Shown here in pieces: positions 15,558 to 25,900 of a DNA stretch of 34,224 nucleotides. Both the position numbers and the translations under genes were made by a program. The stretch is taken from the IMG/VR virus record IMGVR_UViG_3300016636_000019, positions 1 through 34,224 of that record; one strand, written 5' to 3'. The notes beneath the pieces were generated by a model. It saw only the letters and a list, made by a program, of their open reading frames with translations. It did no database searches and was not told the origin of the DNA. The stretch's first letter is position 1; each line of letters starts with the position of its first letter. The DNA comes from a virus. Taxonomy: Duplodnaviria > Caudoviricetes.

Positions 15558-16451
15558 TTACCTCGAGTACTGTATAGTGTTTAGGAAGTTGGCTTGCTGC
15601 TTTGATACCTCTTCCGCTAGGCGGACGGTATAAAGTTGGAAAATATATTTTGCTGTGTTGGTAGAAGCACCAGCTGAAACAGGTTGATCTAATGCGTCAG
15701 CAGATACCGATGTAGCAATTACCTTACCTGGATCGACTGTAGATAACAGTCGATACATAGCACCAAGGCGAACCACATCTTCGCACGATGCTGGTAAACC
15801 ACTTACTGTTAACTCTTGGTTATCAGTAATAGTTGTTGGAAATTTTGTGTATTGAACACGAACGGTCTGACCAGGCATAGGAGCTTCATTTAAAATCAAA
15901 GCTTGCTTGGTAGATCCACTATCTAGATAATTGGTATCTAATCTCCAACGCTTAATTAAAGCCCAGACTCCTGTAGAGTCTGGTAGTTCCCAAGAAACTC
16001 CAGTAATATCTACTAAAGCATCTGGCATTACATAAGAATAATCACTACCATTAAATGTAAATGATTCATTAGCAATAACAGGAAAGTTCATTCCCTTGAT
16101 TGTTTCTAAAATTGCTCGTTTAACTTGAGACCTTGGGAACATAGGATTGTTTTTAACAACTGATCCAGATACATGGCTGGTAGCGGTAGTTCCACGCCAT
16201 CCTCTACCTACTGGATTAGCACTTGTTCCTAATACTTGAATAGTTCCAGATGCAGTTACTGATCTTTTTATGTATATTAATTCATCATCAATTTCAATAA
16301 TACCTTTGCTTAATGCAGCAGCATCATCTACTGTTATTGTTATATCCCCTGCTGCAACTGAATTAGTTGCAATAGTTACCGACTCTTGGTTCTTAACATA
16401 ACCACTAACTTCACCAAGCGTTTGCTCTGTTAATTGATTTAACGTAGCCAT
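15558..16451 (-). CDS. Head-tail connector/adaptor-like virion protein
   Basis: IIEIDDELIY...GRGWRGTTATSH...PMFPRSQVKRAI...GLPASCEDVVRLGA; lies between capsid and tail genes. Confidence 0.6.
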   Translation of the reverse strand: MATLNQLTEQTLGEVSGYVKNQESVTIATNSVAAGDITITVDDAAALSKGIIEIDDELIYIKRSVTASGTIQVLGTSANPVGRGWRGTTATSHVSGSVVKNNPMFPRSQVKRAILETIKGMNFPVIANESFTFNGSDYSYVMPDALVDITGVSWELPDSTGVWALIKRWRLDTNYLDSGSTKQALILNEAPMPGQTVRVQYTKFPTTITDNQELTVSGLPASCEDVVRLGAMYRLLSTVDPGKVIATSVSADALDQPVSAGASTNTAKYIFQLYTVRLAEEVSKQQANFLNTIQYSR

Positions 16452-16693
16452 TATGCTTGAACCGCCTTTCCTAAAGTATCGGATGCCATAACAGCAGCCT
16501 TGATATCATGCATCTTTGTAGATCTAGGTTGTATACCTTGTTTTCTTGCGTTTCTATATGCGTTTAATTCTGCATTGGCTTGTTTAGATACGGCATTAGC
16601 CAACGGATCTGTAATACTAAAATTTGCTGCTCTTGCACATTCGCCCCAGTTAGCATGGTCTTGGGTCTTACAACCAGATCTACAGTTACTCAT
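16451..16693 (-). CDS. Hypothetical protein with a CRSGCKTQDH..WGEC metal-binding motif
   Basis: Coupled ORF with a Cys/His cluster and ELNAYRNARKQGIQP. Confidence 0.7.
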   Translation of the reverse strand: MSNCRSGCKTQDHANWGECARAANFSITDPLANAVSKQANAELNAYRNARKQGIQPRSTKMHDIKAAVMASDTLGKAVQA

Positions 16694-16940
16694 CCCAGAT
16701 GTACTCTCCATAACCCGCTGCTGTTAACTCAGCAGCTTCTGCATCGGTTATGACATTGTCATAACCACCACGTAATACTCTTTGATATGTAGATAAATCA
16801 CTATCTTTAGGAACAATAACTGTTGACCATGTTCCATTATTCTTAATTACACTCTTACCAATTGGATAAGATACAAACCAAAGATCATTAGGACGACCAA
16901 GTTTATAGCGGTAAGTAGGTCCACGAAATATCTTTGTCAT
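16686..16940 (-). CDS. Hypothetical virion-region protein
   Basis: TAATG coupling; RGGYDNVITDAEAAELTAAGYG. Confidence 0.7.
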   Translation of the reverse strand: MTKIFRGPTYRYKLGRPNDLWFVSYPIGKSVIKNNGTWSTVIVPKDSDLSTYQRVLRGGYDNVITDAEAAELTAAGYGEYIWDE

Positions 16941-17215
16941 TACCACTTCACCTTATCTGCCCAGTATGCTGCCGACATAACACCTTTGTTTATGTTCTTG
17001 GCATGACGTGCTTTAAAAGACTGACGTCTTTGTCGGTAAGACTTTGTCTCACCAGCCTTCTTTGGAGATCCAGATACACCCTGTTGACCAAACCTAATTG
17101 TTTTAATTTGGGAGCCAGACTTGGCTACAACCACATGAGATTTAGTAGGATGTGTCGGTGTTCGCTTTGGTTTATTAAAACCAGATACACCTGCTCTTTT
17201 AAGCCTTGGGTCCAT
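16940..17215 (-). CDS. Small basic hypothetical protein
   Basis: MDPRLKRAGVSGFNKPKRTP.HPTKSHVVVAK...IRFGQQG...SFKARH...SAAYWADKVKW. Confidence 0.75.
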   Translation of the reverse strand: MDPRLKRAGVSGFNKPKRTPTHPTKSHVVVAKSGSQIKTIRFGQQGVSGSPKKAGETKSYRQRRQSFKARHAKNINKGVMSAAYWADKVKW

Positions 17216-17345
17216 TCTTCTTGTACTCTCCAACTTTTCCAAGTATTGATTTAATTCGTCCGTCTTTATTTATACGAACTACCATTCCATTTTTAATTTG
17301 CATTGGATTAAATCCATCGTGGCGTTTATATTGACCAGAAGACAT
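17199..17345 (-). CDS. Small basic hypothetical protein (48 aa, absent from the ORF track)
   Basis: MSSGQYKRHDGFNPMQIKNGMVVRINKDGRIKSILGKVGEYKKNGPKA; TAATG coupling. Confidence 0.65.
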   Translation of the reverse strand: MSSGQYKRHDGFNPMQIKNGMVVRINKDGRIKSILGKVGEYKKNGPKA

Positions 17346-17521
17346 TACTTCTTCTTTACTTTAGGTTTCTTTACGCCCATCTTCTTAGACATACCAGCTT
17401 CAGATAAAGCAATAGCAATTGCCTGTTTACGAGATTTAACTACTGGACCACCTTTACCAGAATGCAAAGTTTTACCTTTAAACTCACGCATTACTTTTTC
17501 TACTTTGGATGGCTTCTTCAT
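17345..17521 (-). CDS. DUF6496-like small basic protein (58 aa, absent from the ORF track)
   Basis: KVEKVMREFKGKTLHSGKGGPVVKSRKQAIAIALSEAG; ATGA coupling. Confidence 0.8.
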   Translation of the reverse strand: MKKPSKVEKVMREFKGKTLHSGKGGPVVKSRKQAIAIALSEAGMSKKMGVKKPKVKKK

Positions 17522-17682
17522 TTCTTCTTCTTTAACTTAGGCTTTTTAACACCCATTTTTTTACCGTATTCAATTTTTCTTTCCATTTTGCCTTCAGTCT
17601 TTTCATGCTTCATTGAAGCTTTTTTAGCTGCAGCAATTCCCTTTTTAGTATATGGAAACTTCTTACCTTCTACCATTGGCAT
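17518..17682 (-). CDS. Small lysine-rich protein (54 aa, absent from the ORF track)
   Basis: MPMVEGKKFPYTKKGIAAAKKASMKHEKTEGKMERKIEYGKKMGVKKPKLKKKK. Confidence 0.7.
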   Translation of the reverse strand: MPMVEGKKFPYTKKGIAAAKKASMKHEKTEGKMERKIEYGKKMGVKKPKLKKKK

Positions 17683-17705
17683 ATATTTATTCTTTCTTGT
17701 TAGGT

Positions 17706-17733
17706 GAAGAGGGGCTGTTGCCAGCCCCTCTTC
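17706..17733 (-). terminator. Strong hairpin after the major capsid gene (terminator/attenuator or mRNA stabiliser)
   Basis: GAAGAGGGGCTG-GCAA-CAGCCCCTCTTC: 12-bp stem with a GNRA loop, 6 nt after the MCP stop; no U-tract. Confidence 0.7.
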
Positions 17734-17739
17734 GCTGAA

Positions 17740-18714
17740 TTAGGAAGCGATACTTGACTTTGTCTGTAGGACGTAACGTGCTTCCTTGCGGAAGATGTTC
17801 CATCCAATTAAAGCCTTCCATCCTGCTGGACGGAAACGCATCAACTTATCAGTTACTGGACCAATAACGGTCTTTGGCTCATATGAAACTGCTTCAATAA
17901 GAGCTTGCTTACCAAGAAGAACAGTTGCATAAACCTTTGATGTACCAGATCCTGAAATGGATTCTGCACGAGGTGTTTCGATGTAACGAATCTGATCGTA
18001 GATTCCGATCTCACCTGTCCATAGGTTACCAACACCAGCTTCGGTGTAGGTATGAGGCAATTGCCATACAGCAGATCCGCTTGATTGTGCTTCTGAACGA
18101 AGGTCATAAGACACATCTGGGTGGATAAGTGCTGTGTAGAAACCACCATCACGAGGTGATACGTTAGCACCACGTAGTTTTGCAACACCCTTGCGAGCAA
18201 GAGCAGCAGTGATGTATGGTGCAGAAGTAGATGAAGATACGTTCTCTCCGTTGATGGTTGACTCATCAGCAGATGAAGTTCCTGTGTAACGACCAGTTGC
18301 TAGTGATGTTAACTTGGTCCATACTAATGAATCAAGTGAGTCACGCATGTTGTAAGACAACATGTCAGCAACCGCTGGATCGATTGCAGATAAAGACTCA
18401 AGAGCAAGACGCTCAGTTGTAATTACGGAGTTACCGTATTCATCAACAGTAACGTTTACTTTGTTAGTGTTGTTCAACTGTACTGCATCTGGATCTTGTG
18501 TCTGAGTTAGTGCTGAAGTAGCACGAGATAGATCTGTGTAGACTTGGAATACAACAGTATTACCAGGGTTTGTCACATCGACAGGACGCTTGTCCGCAAA
18601 CTTGCGGAACATTGGTTCTGAGCGAAGGTTAAACTCGATATACTTATCATACGCCGTCTGGATCAAGTTCGACAATGTGCTTGTCGTAGTTGACGTTGCG
18701 GGTGTAGTAGGCAT
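17740..18714 (-). CDS. Major capsid protein (N4-gp56-like family)
   Basis: 324 aa; PGNTVVF, VTVDEYGNSV, YTALIHPDVSYDLR, GEIGIYDQIRYIET, GPVTDKLMRFRPAGW; follows an acidic scaffold gene. Confidence 0.9.
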   Translation of the reverse strand: MPTTPATSTTTSTLSNLIQTAYDKYIEFNLRSEPMFRKFADKRPVDVTNPGNTVVFQVYTDLSRATSALTQTQDPDAVQLNNTNKVNVTVDEYGNSVITTERLALESLSAIDPAVADMLSYNMRDSLDSLVWTKLTSLATGRYTGTSSADESTINGENVSSSTSAPYITAALARKGVAKLRGANVSPRDGGFYTALIHPDVSYDLRSEAQSSGSAVWQLPHTYTEAGVGNLWTGEIGIYDQIRYIETPRAESISGSGTSKVYATVLLGKQALIEAVSYEPKTVIGPVTDKLMRFRPAGWKALIGWNIFRKEARYVLQTKSSIAS

Positions 18715-18746
18715 AATTTCCTTCTATTAGGGTTTGATATGGACTA

Positions 18747-19205
18747 TCAGCGTTTTAAGAAGTTAGTTAATTCCTCTGGGCTTGTTGCGTTAGCAATAAG
18801 TGAAGAGATGTCTTGACCAATACTTGGATCAATATCACCATTCTCAAAGTCTGATATTTGCTCAAAAGATTGAGCGTCAGCGTCTGGTTCATAACCAGCC
18901 TCTGATTCATCAACGGCAGTAATTCCAAAAGCCTCGCCGTATTCGGTTAACCATTCAGAAACTGCATCCTCGTCGGCTTCAACCTCCGATGGAATGAACT
19001 GAGCGATTTTTGGATTTAGTCCAAAGCTTTCTAGGATTTCTCCTACTGATGCTTCGTGACTATAAGTTTGAAACTCTTGAATAACTTGATCTCTTTCCTT
19101 AAGTTCTTTAGAAAGTAGATCAACTTGCTTCCGTAGTTTCTTTACTAGATCAGTACCATAATCTGAAGAATCATCTTCAAAGTCGTACTCTGTATATTCT
19201 GCCAT
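18747..19205 (-). CDS. Capsid scaffolding protein
   Basis: Acidic, coiled coil (DLVKKLRKQ...LSKELKE), C-terminal ANATSPEEL; directly upstream of the MCP; SD AGGGAG. Confidence 0.75.
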   Translation of the reverse strand: MAEYTEYDFEDDSSDYGTDLVKKLRKQVDLLSKELKERDQVIQEFQTYSHEASVGEILESFGLNPKIAQFIPSEVEADEDAVSEWLTEYGEAFGITAVDESEAGYEPDADAQSFEQISDFENGDIDPSIGQDISSLIANATSPEELTNFLKR

Positions 19206-19346
19206 TGCGTTTTCTCCCTATAGTTGATTGGACCCTCATCGGGCTTGCACCACACGTACTCCTCACCAGGGGAAGTGATTCATAGACGTGATGACTACCA
19301 GACTTATACACGTTACCTGGGCTGGTCGGTCAGGAACGGAAACTAG
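19206..19346 (-). ncRNA. Candidate cis-regulatory structured RNA (pseudoknot plus hairpins) in the scaffold/MCP leader
   Basis: Largest intergenic gap within the structural operon. P1 CGUU-CCUG/CAGG-U-AACG; loop ACCAG pairs with downstream CUGGU; stems CACGU/ACGUG and UCAC/GUGA; hairpin GCCC/GGGU. Confidence 0.55.
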
Positions 19347-20954
19347 TTATACGTCTGCTGTTTTAGATCTACGACCAAGAGATGTCGTATCAATTGCAGA
19401 CTTCTGCTGGAACATTGCTCTTTCTTTAGATGCAAGTTTCTTCTTCTTAACAGTTACATCAGTGCCACCAGCAAGTGCTAACTCTTCACGAGCAATATCT
19501 TGCTCGCCTGCGGTTTCACCATATAGACCCATTAAGCGTCTGTAATCTCTTTGCTGTACAGCAGCGGTCTGGAATGCAGATTCTGCTTGACCTGCTTTAC
19601 CTGCTTTATAGATTTCTTCAGCAAATGCTTTATCAGACATCTGACCTGCACGAAGTGCAGCTCCACCAATTTCAGCAGCGGTGTACATCTTCTTGGCTTC
19701 TTCAGTTGTATACTTAAATCTAGAGTCAATAAGATTCATTGCTCTATCTTTATCAAGAAGATATGCTGTTAAATCCTCGTTGGTTAATCCATAGTAATCT
19801 TTAAGTGCTGTCTTAATACCTTCATCAGCATTGTTTAAAGCATTTCTGGCTATATTAACTCGATCAGTTAATTCAGCTGCGCTTACTCCCATAGCAATAA
19901 AGTTGGTAAAATCTTCTTGCTGATCATAAAATCCTGTAGGAAGTCCTGCTTCTCTAAGGATTTCTTCATAAGCTTTTTCTGTTTGAATGTATTCGTAAGG
20001 TGTAAGAAGTCTGTCTCCAGGTCTTCCTTTGCCATCAGCCATACGCTTTTTAATTACTTCATTAGCAGCAAAACGAGTCTTGTAAGCCTCGCTATTATAA
20101 ATACTATTTAAAACTTGTGCTTCAGTTGGTGCTATGTTATCTCTATAAACCTGATCAACAGTATCCATAAGAGAAGTAATGTATGCTTGACCTAATCCAG
20201 TATTTTCAAACATTTTCATTACTGAATCACGAGCACCAAAATCTGTATATGATGATAGTAAAGCACCTTGAGTACCATCAGACATGGTCTCGTATACTTC
20301 GACTACACCACCAGTTTTACGTACAGTCTTTTGACCAACAACTTTTGGTTTAGCAGCTTCGGCTGCAGCAGCAGCTTGCATATCAGCAATCTGTTGTGTA
20401 AGTAATGCTATTTGATCTAATACTGCTTTGTTGGCTGCATCGGTTGTTGCACCAGCAACTGGTGCGCCACCTGTACCAGTTCCCGCTCCTGAGCCACCAC
20501 CTGCATTTGCGCCACCACCTGCACTACTAGTTGATACTAATGGAGGTAATCCATTTTCTGCACGTTTCTTATCGGTTGCAGCATTAATTGCTTGACCAAT
20601 AGAAACACCAGTTAAACCTTGTGCTTGAGCATTACTAATAACTTGTTGATATTCAGCATCAGTTAAATTAGCTTGTGCGCTCCAAGAATCTCCATAGTAT
20701 CCAGCTTTATTAACACCACCACGAGATTCATAATATTGTTGTGGTGTCATATTATTAGAAGCAGCATTAGCTGCTATTACTTGTTTAGTACTTGCATCTA
20801 AATTTTTATAAGCAACTGCAGTAAATCCTGGATCTACAGTTTGATATTGACCTACACCAGATAATGGCGTGGTTGCAGGTTCTGATTTTGATGCTTTGTA
20901 TACTTCTTGAAATGCACCATATGATGAAAATAAACTGTTATCTGATTCTCTCAT
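19347..20954 (-). CDS. Putative internal virion protein (535 aa)
   Basis: Low-complexity N-terminal half with a Gly linker, helical C-terminal half (YKTRFAANE...LTPYEYIQTE); structural-operon context. Confidence 0.6.
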   Translation of the reverse strand: MRESDNSLFSSYGAFQEVYKASKSEPATTPLSGVGQYQTVDPGFTAVAYKNLDASTKQVIAANAASNNMTPQQYYESRGGVNKAGYYGDSWSAQANLTDAEYQQVISNAQAQGLTGVSIGQAINAATDKKRAENGLPPLVSTSSAGGGANAGGGSGAGTGTGGAPVAGATTDAANKAVLDQIALLTQQIADMQAAAAAEAAKPKVVGQKTVRKTGGVVEVYETMSDGTQGALLSSYTDFGARDSVMKMFENTGLGQAYITSLMDTVDQVYRDNIAPTEAQVLNSIYNSEAYKTRFAANEVIKKRMADGKGRPGDRLLTPYEYIQTEKAYEEILREAGLPTGFYDQQEDFTNFIAMGVSAAELTDRVNIARNALNNADEGIKTALKDYYGLTNEDLTAYLLDKDRAMNLIDSRFKYTTEEAKKMYTAAEIGGAALRAGQMSDKAFAEEIYKAGKAGQAESAFQTAAVQQRDYRRLMGLYGETAGEQDIAREELALAGGTDVTVKKKKLASKERAMFQQKSAIDTTSLGRRSKTADV

Positions 20955-22210
20955 GCTAGGAACCCATGGTCTCTAAGAATTATTTTACCAATATTTGTCT
21001 TTTCTTCTTTGGCTTGCTGTGTGTAATCAAAGTCTTTGCTACTACGAGCTAATTTCTTGGCACCATAAAGATTCATAGGTGATACATTTCCTTTATCATC
21101 TGTGTAATTAAGAGCTTGTTGTACAAGATCATTATTGAGATCCAATGATTTAGGATCAATTTCTAAGGTAGTAGCAATTGTGGTTATCCAAGGATCTGCT
21201 GCTTGGCGAAGTGTTTGACCACGTAGTATTTGATCTTTTAAACCAGGAAATAACGACATTGCACGTTGTTCTAGTTCGTTATCAATATCTTCTGGCTGTA
21301 ATGTTCCAGCAACTAATCCTTTGATTGATGCTTCAAACCATTTTTTGAATCCTTCATTTGATACAGTTGATGGATAGCCATAGTCATATGCTCTTTCGTA
21401 CAATGCTTGAGCCATAGTCTCAAGCTGTCCATCAAGATCATAAACAATTTTGCCGTTACTTTCAAAAGTATTTGTTTTATCAAACTTAATAGAATCAGCC
21501 ATTAATTTATTTAAATAAGCTTGATCGTATCTAATAACCTTGCCATCTTGAATAACGGCTTGTTGCATCATTTGTTCTGCATATTTAATTGCATCTGCAG
21601 CAGAAATAGATAAACCGTTTTGCGCCCATTTCTTTACAATCTCACTTGCGTTTAGTTGTAAGTCGGCAGCAAATTGACCAGGATTAGTTTGTTTAAAGAA
21701 TGCATATTTGCGTTGAGTATCTGTTTGGTTTTTATACCAACTAGTATTCTGAATAATCTGAGTTTGTAGGTCTGGATCTGTAATCATAGTTCCACTACCA
21801 TCAAGCCCAAGAATCTTATTTAATGCATCTTGAAGAGACTTATCTGAATTAATAACTGCAGCAGCTACACCAAACTTAGCAGCAAGTTGTTCTGGTGAGA
21901 ACTTATCCATTTGAGTTGCACCAGTAGACGAGATACCTGTATTGACAACTGAAGTACTACCAGGTGAATAACTGGTAGTAGTACCACTTACAACACCAGT
22001 GTTTGTACTGGTGGTTGTGCCACTTGTAGCAGGTGGTGTCTTTGTATCACCAGGAAGATTAAGTTTAGTTCCAGAAAATATTGTGCTTCCACCATTATAT
22101 TTAGGATTGGTGGTTAATACTGGATTAGCAGCAATAATTTTAGCAACTGTTGTTTTATTAGCAGCAGCAATCTTTGATAATGTATCGCCAGATTTAACGG
22201 TATATGGCAT
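20951..22210 (-). CDS. LysM-domain virion protein (419 aa)
   Basis: N-terminal YTVKSGDTLSKIAAANKTTVAKIIAANP...IFSGTKLNLP (LysM), then a Ser/Thr linker and a helical domain. Confidence 0.8.
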   Translation of the reverse strand: MPYTVKSGDTLSKIAAANKTTVAKIIAANPVLTTNPKYNGGSTIFSGTKLNLPGDTKTPPATSGTTTSTNTGVVSGTTTSYSPGSTSVVNTGISSTGATQMDKFSPEQLAAKFGVAAAVINSDKSLQDALNKILGLDGSGTMITDPDLQTQIIQNTSWYKNQTDTQRKYAFFKQTNPGQFAADLQLNASEIVKKWAQNGLSISAADAIKYAEQMMQQAVIQDGKVIRYDQAYLNKLMADSIKFDKTNTFESNGKIVYDLDGQLETMAQALYERAYDYGYPSTVSNEGFKKWFEASIKGLVAGTLQPEDIDNELEQRAMSLFPGLKDQILRGQTLRQAADPWITTIATTLEIDPKSLDLNNDLVQQALNYTDDKGNVSPMNLYGAKKLARSSKDFDYTQQAKEEKTNIGKIILRDHGFLA

Positions 22211-22992
22211 TAGCTCACCACATTTCCAATAGCATTTCTGTCGGTTAACAGATTGCTAACTATCTTTAATACATTCTTAGCAGCAAATGATTCTGCAAAG
22301 TCTGGTTGGCTGCGAGCAAAGTTGCGAGCAAACATAGTTGGATCAAAGCCAGTTGTTTGAGTTCCTTTAGTAGTTGTCTGACCTAATTCAAAACCTTTAC
22401 CACCAGGAGCGGTAGTTGTAGTTCCTTCAAATATAGATGGTTCTTTTGTAGCAGCAACATTCATTGCTGCGGTTCCTGCTGCTATTTCAGCAGCTGATGC
22501 AGTACGACCAAGCTCTTGTTCCATAGTGTCAGATATAGTCTGAGCACCAGCAGATGGGCTGTATTGAGTTATACGCTCATCACGTACCTTGGTAGTTCCA
22601 TACTTCTTGGTAGCACCTTGGTAATCTGATGGATCTAAAACATCTAAGTAATCTTCTGGATTAGAACTTACCGCACCAACTGTCTGTGTCCAGTCAACCG
22701 CATCTCCCCATACTTTTTGGGCTGCAGATTTAGGCACACCTCTGGCTGCAAGTTCTTTTAAAAATTCTTCATAACGTGCTTTGTTATTATTTTTTAAGAA
22801 TTTAAACCAAGCTTTAGCTTCATCTGCCTGTACAGGAGTGCTAACTCCTGGAACCAATATTGGTTTTGTTCTAGGGGTAAATGTAGGTAAATCTGATGTA
22901 GATGTTTGTGGTCTAATAGGTGAACCTTGTTCATAGGCTTTAGTTCCTGGAACTAAACTTTCTCCATTAGGACCGTATCTTGGTTCAGCCAT
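22210..22992 (-). CDS. Putative internal virion protein (260 aa)
   Basis: Translationally coupled ORF within the virion cluster. Confidence 0.6.
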   Translation of the reverse strand: MAEPRYGPNGESLVPGTKAYEQGSPIRPQTSTSDLPTFTPRTKPILVPGVSTPVQADEAKAWFKFLKNNNKARYEEFLKELAARGVPKSAAQKVWGDAVDWTQTVGAVSSNPEDYLDVLDPSDYQGATKKYGTTKVRDERITQYSPSAGAQTISDTMEQELGRTASAAEIAAGTAAMNVAATKEPSIFEGTTTTAPGGKGFELGQTTTKGTQTTGFDPTMFARNFARSQPDFAESFAAKNVLKIVSNLLTDRNAIGNVVS

Positions 22993-25900
22993 TATCTCAC
23001 CACCAAATCTGTACTTAGTTGAGGCATGTTTTCAAACCACCTTGCTGAGAATGTATCAAAATCATCTCCCGCTGCTTGTAAGAAATCAAAGTGCCATTGA
23101 GACAATTGAATCCTTAGATCTCTTTCACGACGAGGATCATTCATAACCAAGTCGTAGTCTTTTTTCCATTGCTTTATTTGCTGTAGATAAAAAGCAATTT
23201 CATTCCATTTGTTGGTTTGTTTACCAGCATGGCTCATCCACTTCTGGTTATTAACAATCTCTTCAATTACTGGAACGGTTACATTCCAAAAGTCTTTTGC
23301 TCCTTGCTGACGTTCGTCAGCCCAACCTTTAAAGTCGCCACTAATTCTTGCAACCTGTTCATTGAAGTATGCTTGCATACCAGTTGTTTCATATCTTGCT
23401 TCTGAGGTAGATCGGATACCGTATTGATACATCATGGCATCTCTCCACTTGGAAAGCTTGTCATATTCATACCACCCACGTCTTGCCTCAACAGACTTTC
23501 GTACTTCTTCAGCACTCTTCTGTTGAGTCAATGGTGAGTTATATCCACCAGGAAAATTCATTCTCTTATAGATTGCAGCAACTTCAGTTGAGTATTCATC
23601 TGTTAAATCGCCGTAGCCAGTAGATAACATTTGTGCAAACTTGGTATCGTATCTACCAATACTCTCTAATAACTCTGGGTTATTACGTAGCATCTTAATA
23701 TCAGATAGGTTTGCTGCTACTCCTGCTATGTTTTTTCGGTTAGATCCAATAAATGCTAGACCATCAACACCAAAGTCTTGAACAAATCTATCTTGAGCTT
23801 TATCGTAATCACCATTAAACTGTGTTACTAGATCGCTATAGTATTGAGTTGCAGCTCTAGTTACTGGGTCAAATGTTGTAGCAATAGGTGCTGAGAACTG
23901 GCTTATAGACCTAATAAATGCCATATTACCTGCTGCCTTAGCAGCAGTTGCCATATCAGGTGGAGCACCTACACGACCATTGCGATCCCATTCAGAGTAT
24001 TGAACTCTAAAGAACATGTTTACATCATCTGCAAACCGTTCACTCTTATCTAAACCAACTGCTGACATTGCTGCTGCAATTGGTCCAGGGATCTTTCCTG
24101 AATCAATTAAAGATTGTAAGTAACTTGGAACTATTGCATTCTTTGCAGTCTCTGCAATGTTCTTTCCTTCAATTGGATAGCCAGCATATAGCAAGCTATT
24201 CTCATAGAAGTCATTTCCAAAGGTATTTCTTAATCCTTCAGATATATCCTCGCCGTAAATCTTCCATAGTCCAAATGGTGCAGTAAACCCATTCTTTACA
24301 AGTTCAGATAATGTGACCCCACCAAACCAAGACACGCTTGGATCGGCAATCATAAACTCCATTTGCTTTGGATTCCACTTTAATCCACCACCACGAGAAT
24401 CAGTATATGGTTTAAGCGAATCTTTAATTACCTTTGGTAGTTTATCGCCATAAGGTATTGGATATTTAACAGTTACATTCTTACCTGGTGGCACATCTTT
24501 TATTGACTTGTATGTATTGCCATCTTCGTCTTCATAGTTTTCAAAGTTATCGAAGGCATTGGCAATAGTTCCATACCAGTAAGCATTCATTGGGTTCTTT
24601 GCCATAAGGCGAAGAGCCACAGCCTGTGAGTTAAAGAATGCTAGAGGGAAAGACATTGCAAACCGTGCTGCATACATACCATTACTTAAACGACGTGAGG
24701 AGTATAAGGTTCTTTCTACACGATCTGTAGCTTTACGATATGCAACCTGACGGAACTGGTTATTAACTACAGCATCTGATGGATCTATACCATTTCGTTG
24801 CGCTGCTGCAATAAGATCTTTCATCTCTTCTCTTACATAAGTAAGGAAGAGTGGATTACGAACCATTCTATTTTCAGATGCTGCTAAGACTCTCCAAGCT
24901 GCATCAATTGCACCTTGAGTCTTAACCAGACCACGCTCTAAACGATTTAAATCAGATAGATCGATGTTTGGTCCATCAATTTCAGGTAATAAATCTGGTC
25001 TATCTTTTAATGCTGCAGTCATTTCATCAATACTGACCGCTCTATTTAAGACAATCTCACGAATGTTTGGATCTGGATACATCTTAAATAATTTATCTTG
25101 AGTTGCTGTAGCCCAGTTTAAAAAGTCATCTTGACCCATTGGTCTACCAGCACGAGACTCCATACGACGACGGTACTCAGCACCTTTAGTATCTTTATAT
25201 AGATATCTAACAACTTCAATTGGTGAATCACCACGGAATAACATGCCTAATGGCATGTCTAACTCTTGACGAATCTGTCGGTTAGCTATGTGGGTTAAGG
25301 CATTCATATATGGCTTAACATCATTACGAGGGATGGTTACAAACCTTGTTCCATCAGCTCTTAATTGTCTAGAAATCTGAGATTGTGTCTGGGTATTAAT
25401 AAAGTTAGCAGCGGTATCCATCTCAGCAAGATAAGCACTGGCTCCACGGATGTTTGGATCAGCCAAACCATCAATAGTGTACTTCTTACCATTAACTTCT
25501 AGGATTTCTTTATCTTGTCCTAGGTATTTGTACTGTTGTAACTCTGCTCTGTGTATGGCAGCAGCGGTAAGAGTGTCTCTATGTTTCTTCATTAATGAAG
25601 AAACGCCATTTACCATGTCGGCACTATTAGTTAATGCATCATCTGCATCAATAAAAGCTCTTTGGGCTAAAAACATTTGATAATCTGCGTTGTTTTTAGC
25701 AGCAGTAAGATCTGCTTTATTAGTTTTGGTTGCTTTACGCAGTGCTGATTCAGCTTTTGCCTGTGCTGCTATTGCAGCATTAAGGTTTTTCTCTGCATCA
25801 TCTAAAGTTTTTTGAGCAAGTTCCCATCTTTCAACTACTGGCTTTAATTCACCAGCAAGAATATCCATTTCTTTCTGGGCTTGCTTTTCTGCACGATAAG

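Noticed and set aside
19206-19346. HDV-like, pistol or tRNA identity for the structured leader
   Set aside because: An HDV-like P1 (GUUCCU/AGGAGU) and P3 can be drawn, but the P1.1 GG and P2 are missing. There is no room for a pistol P2, and no cloverleaf or T-loop.
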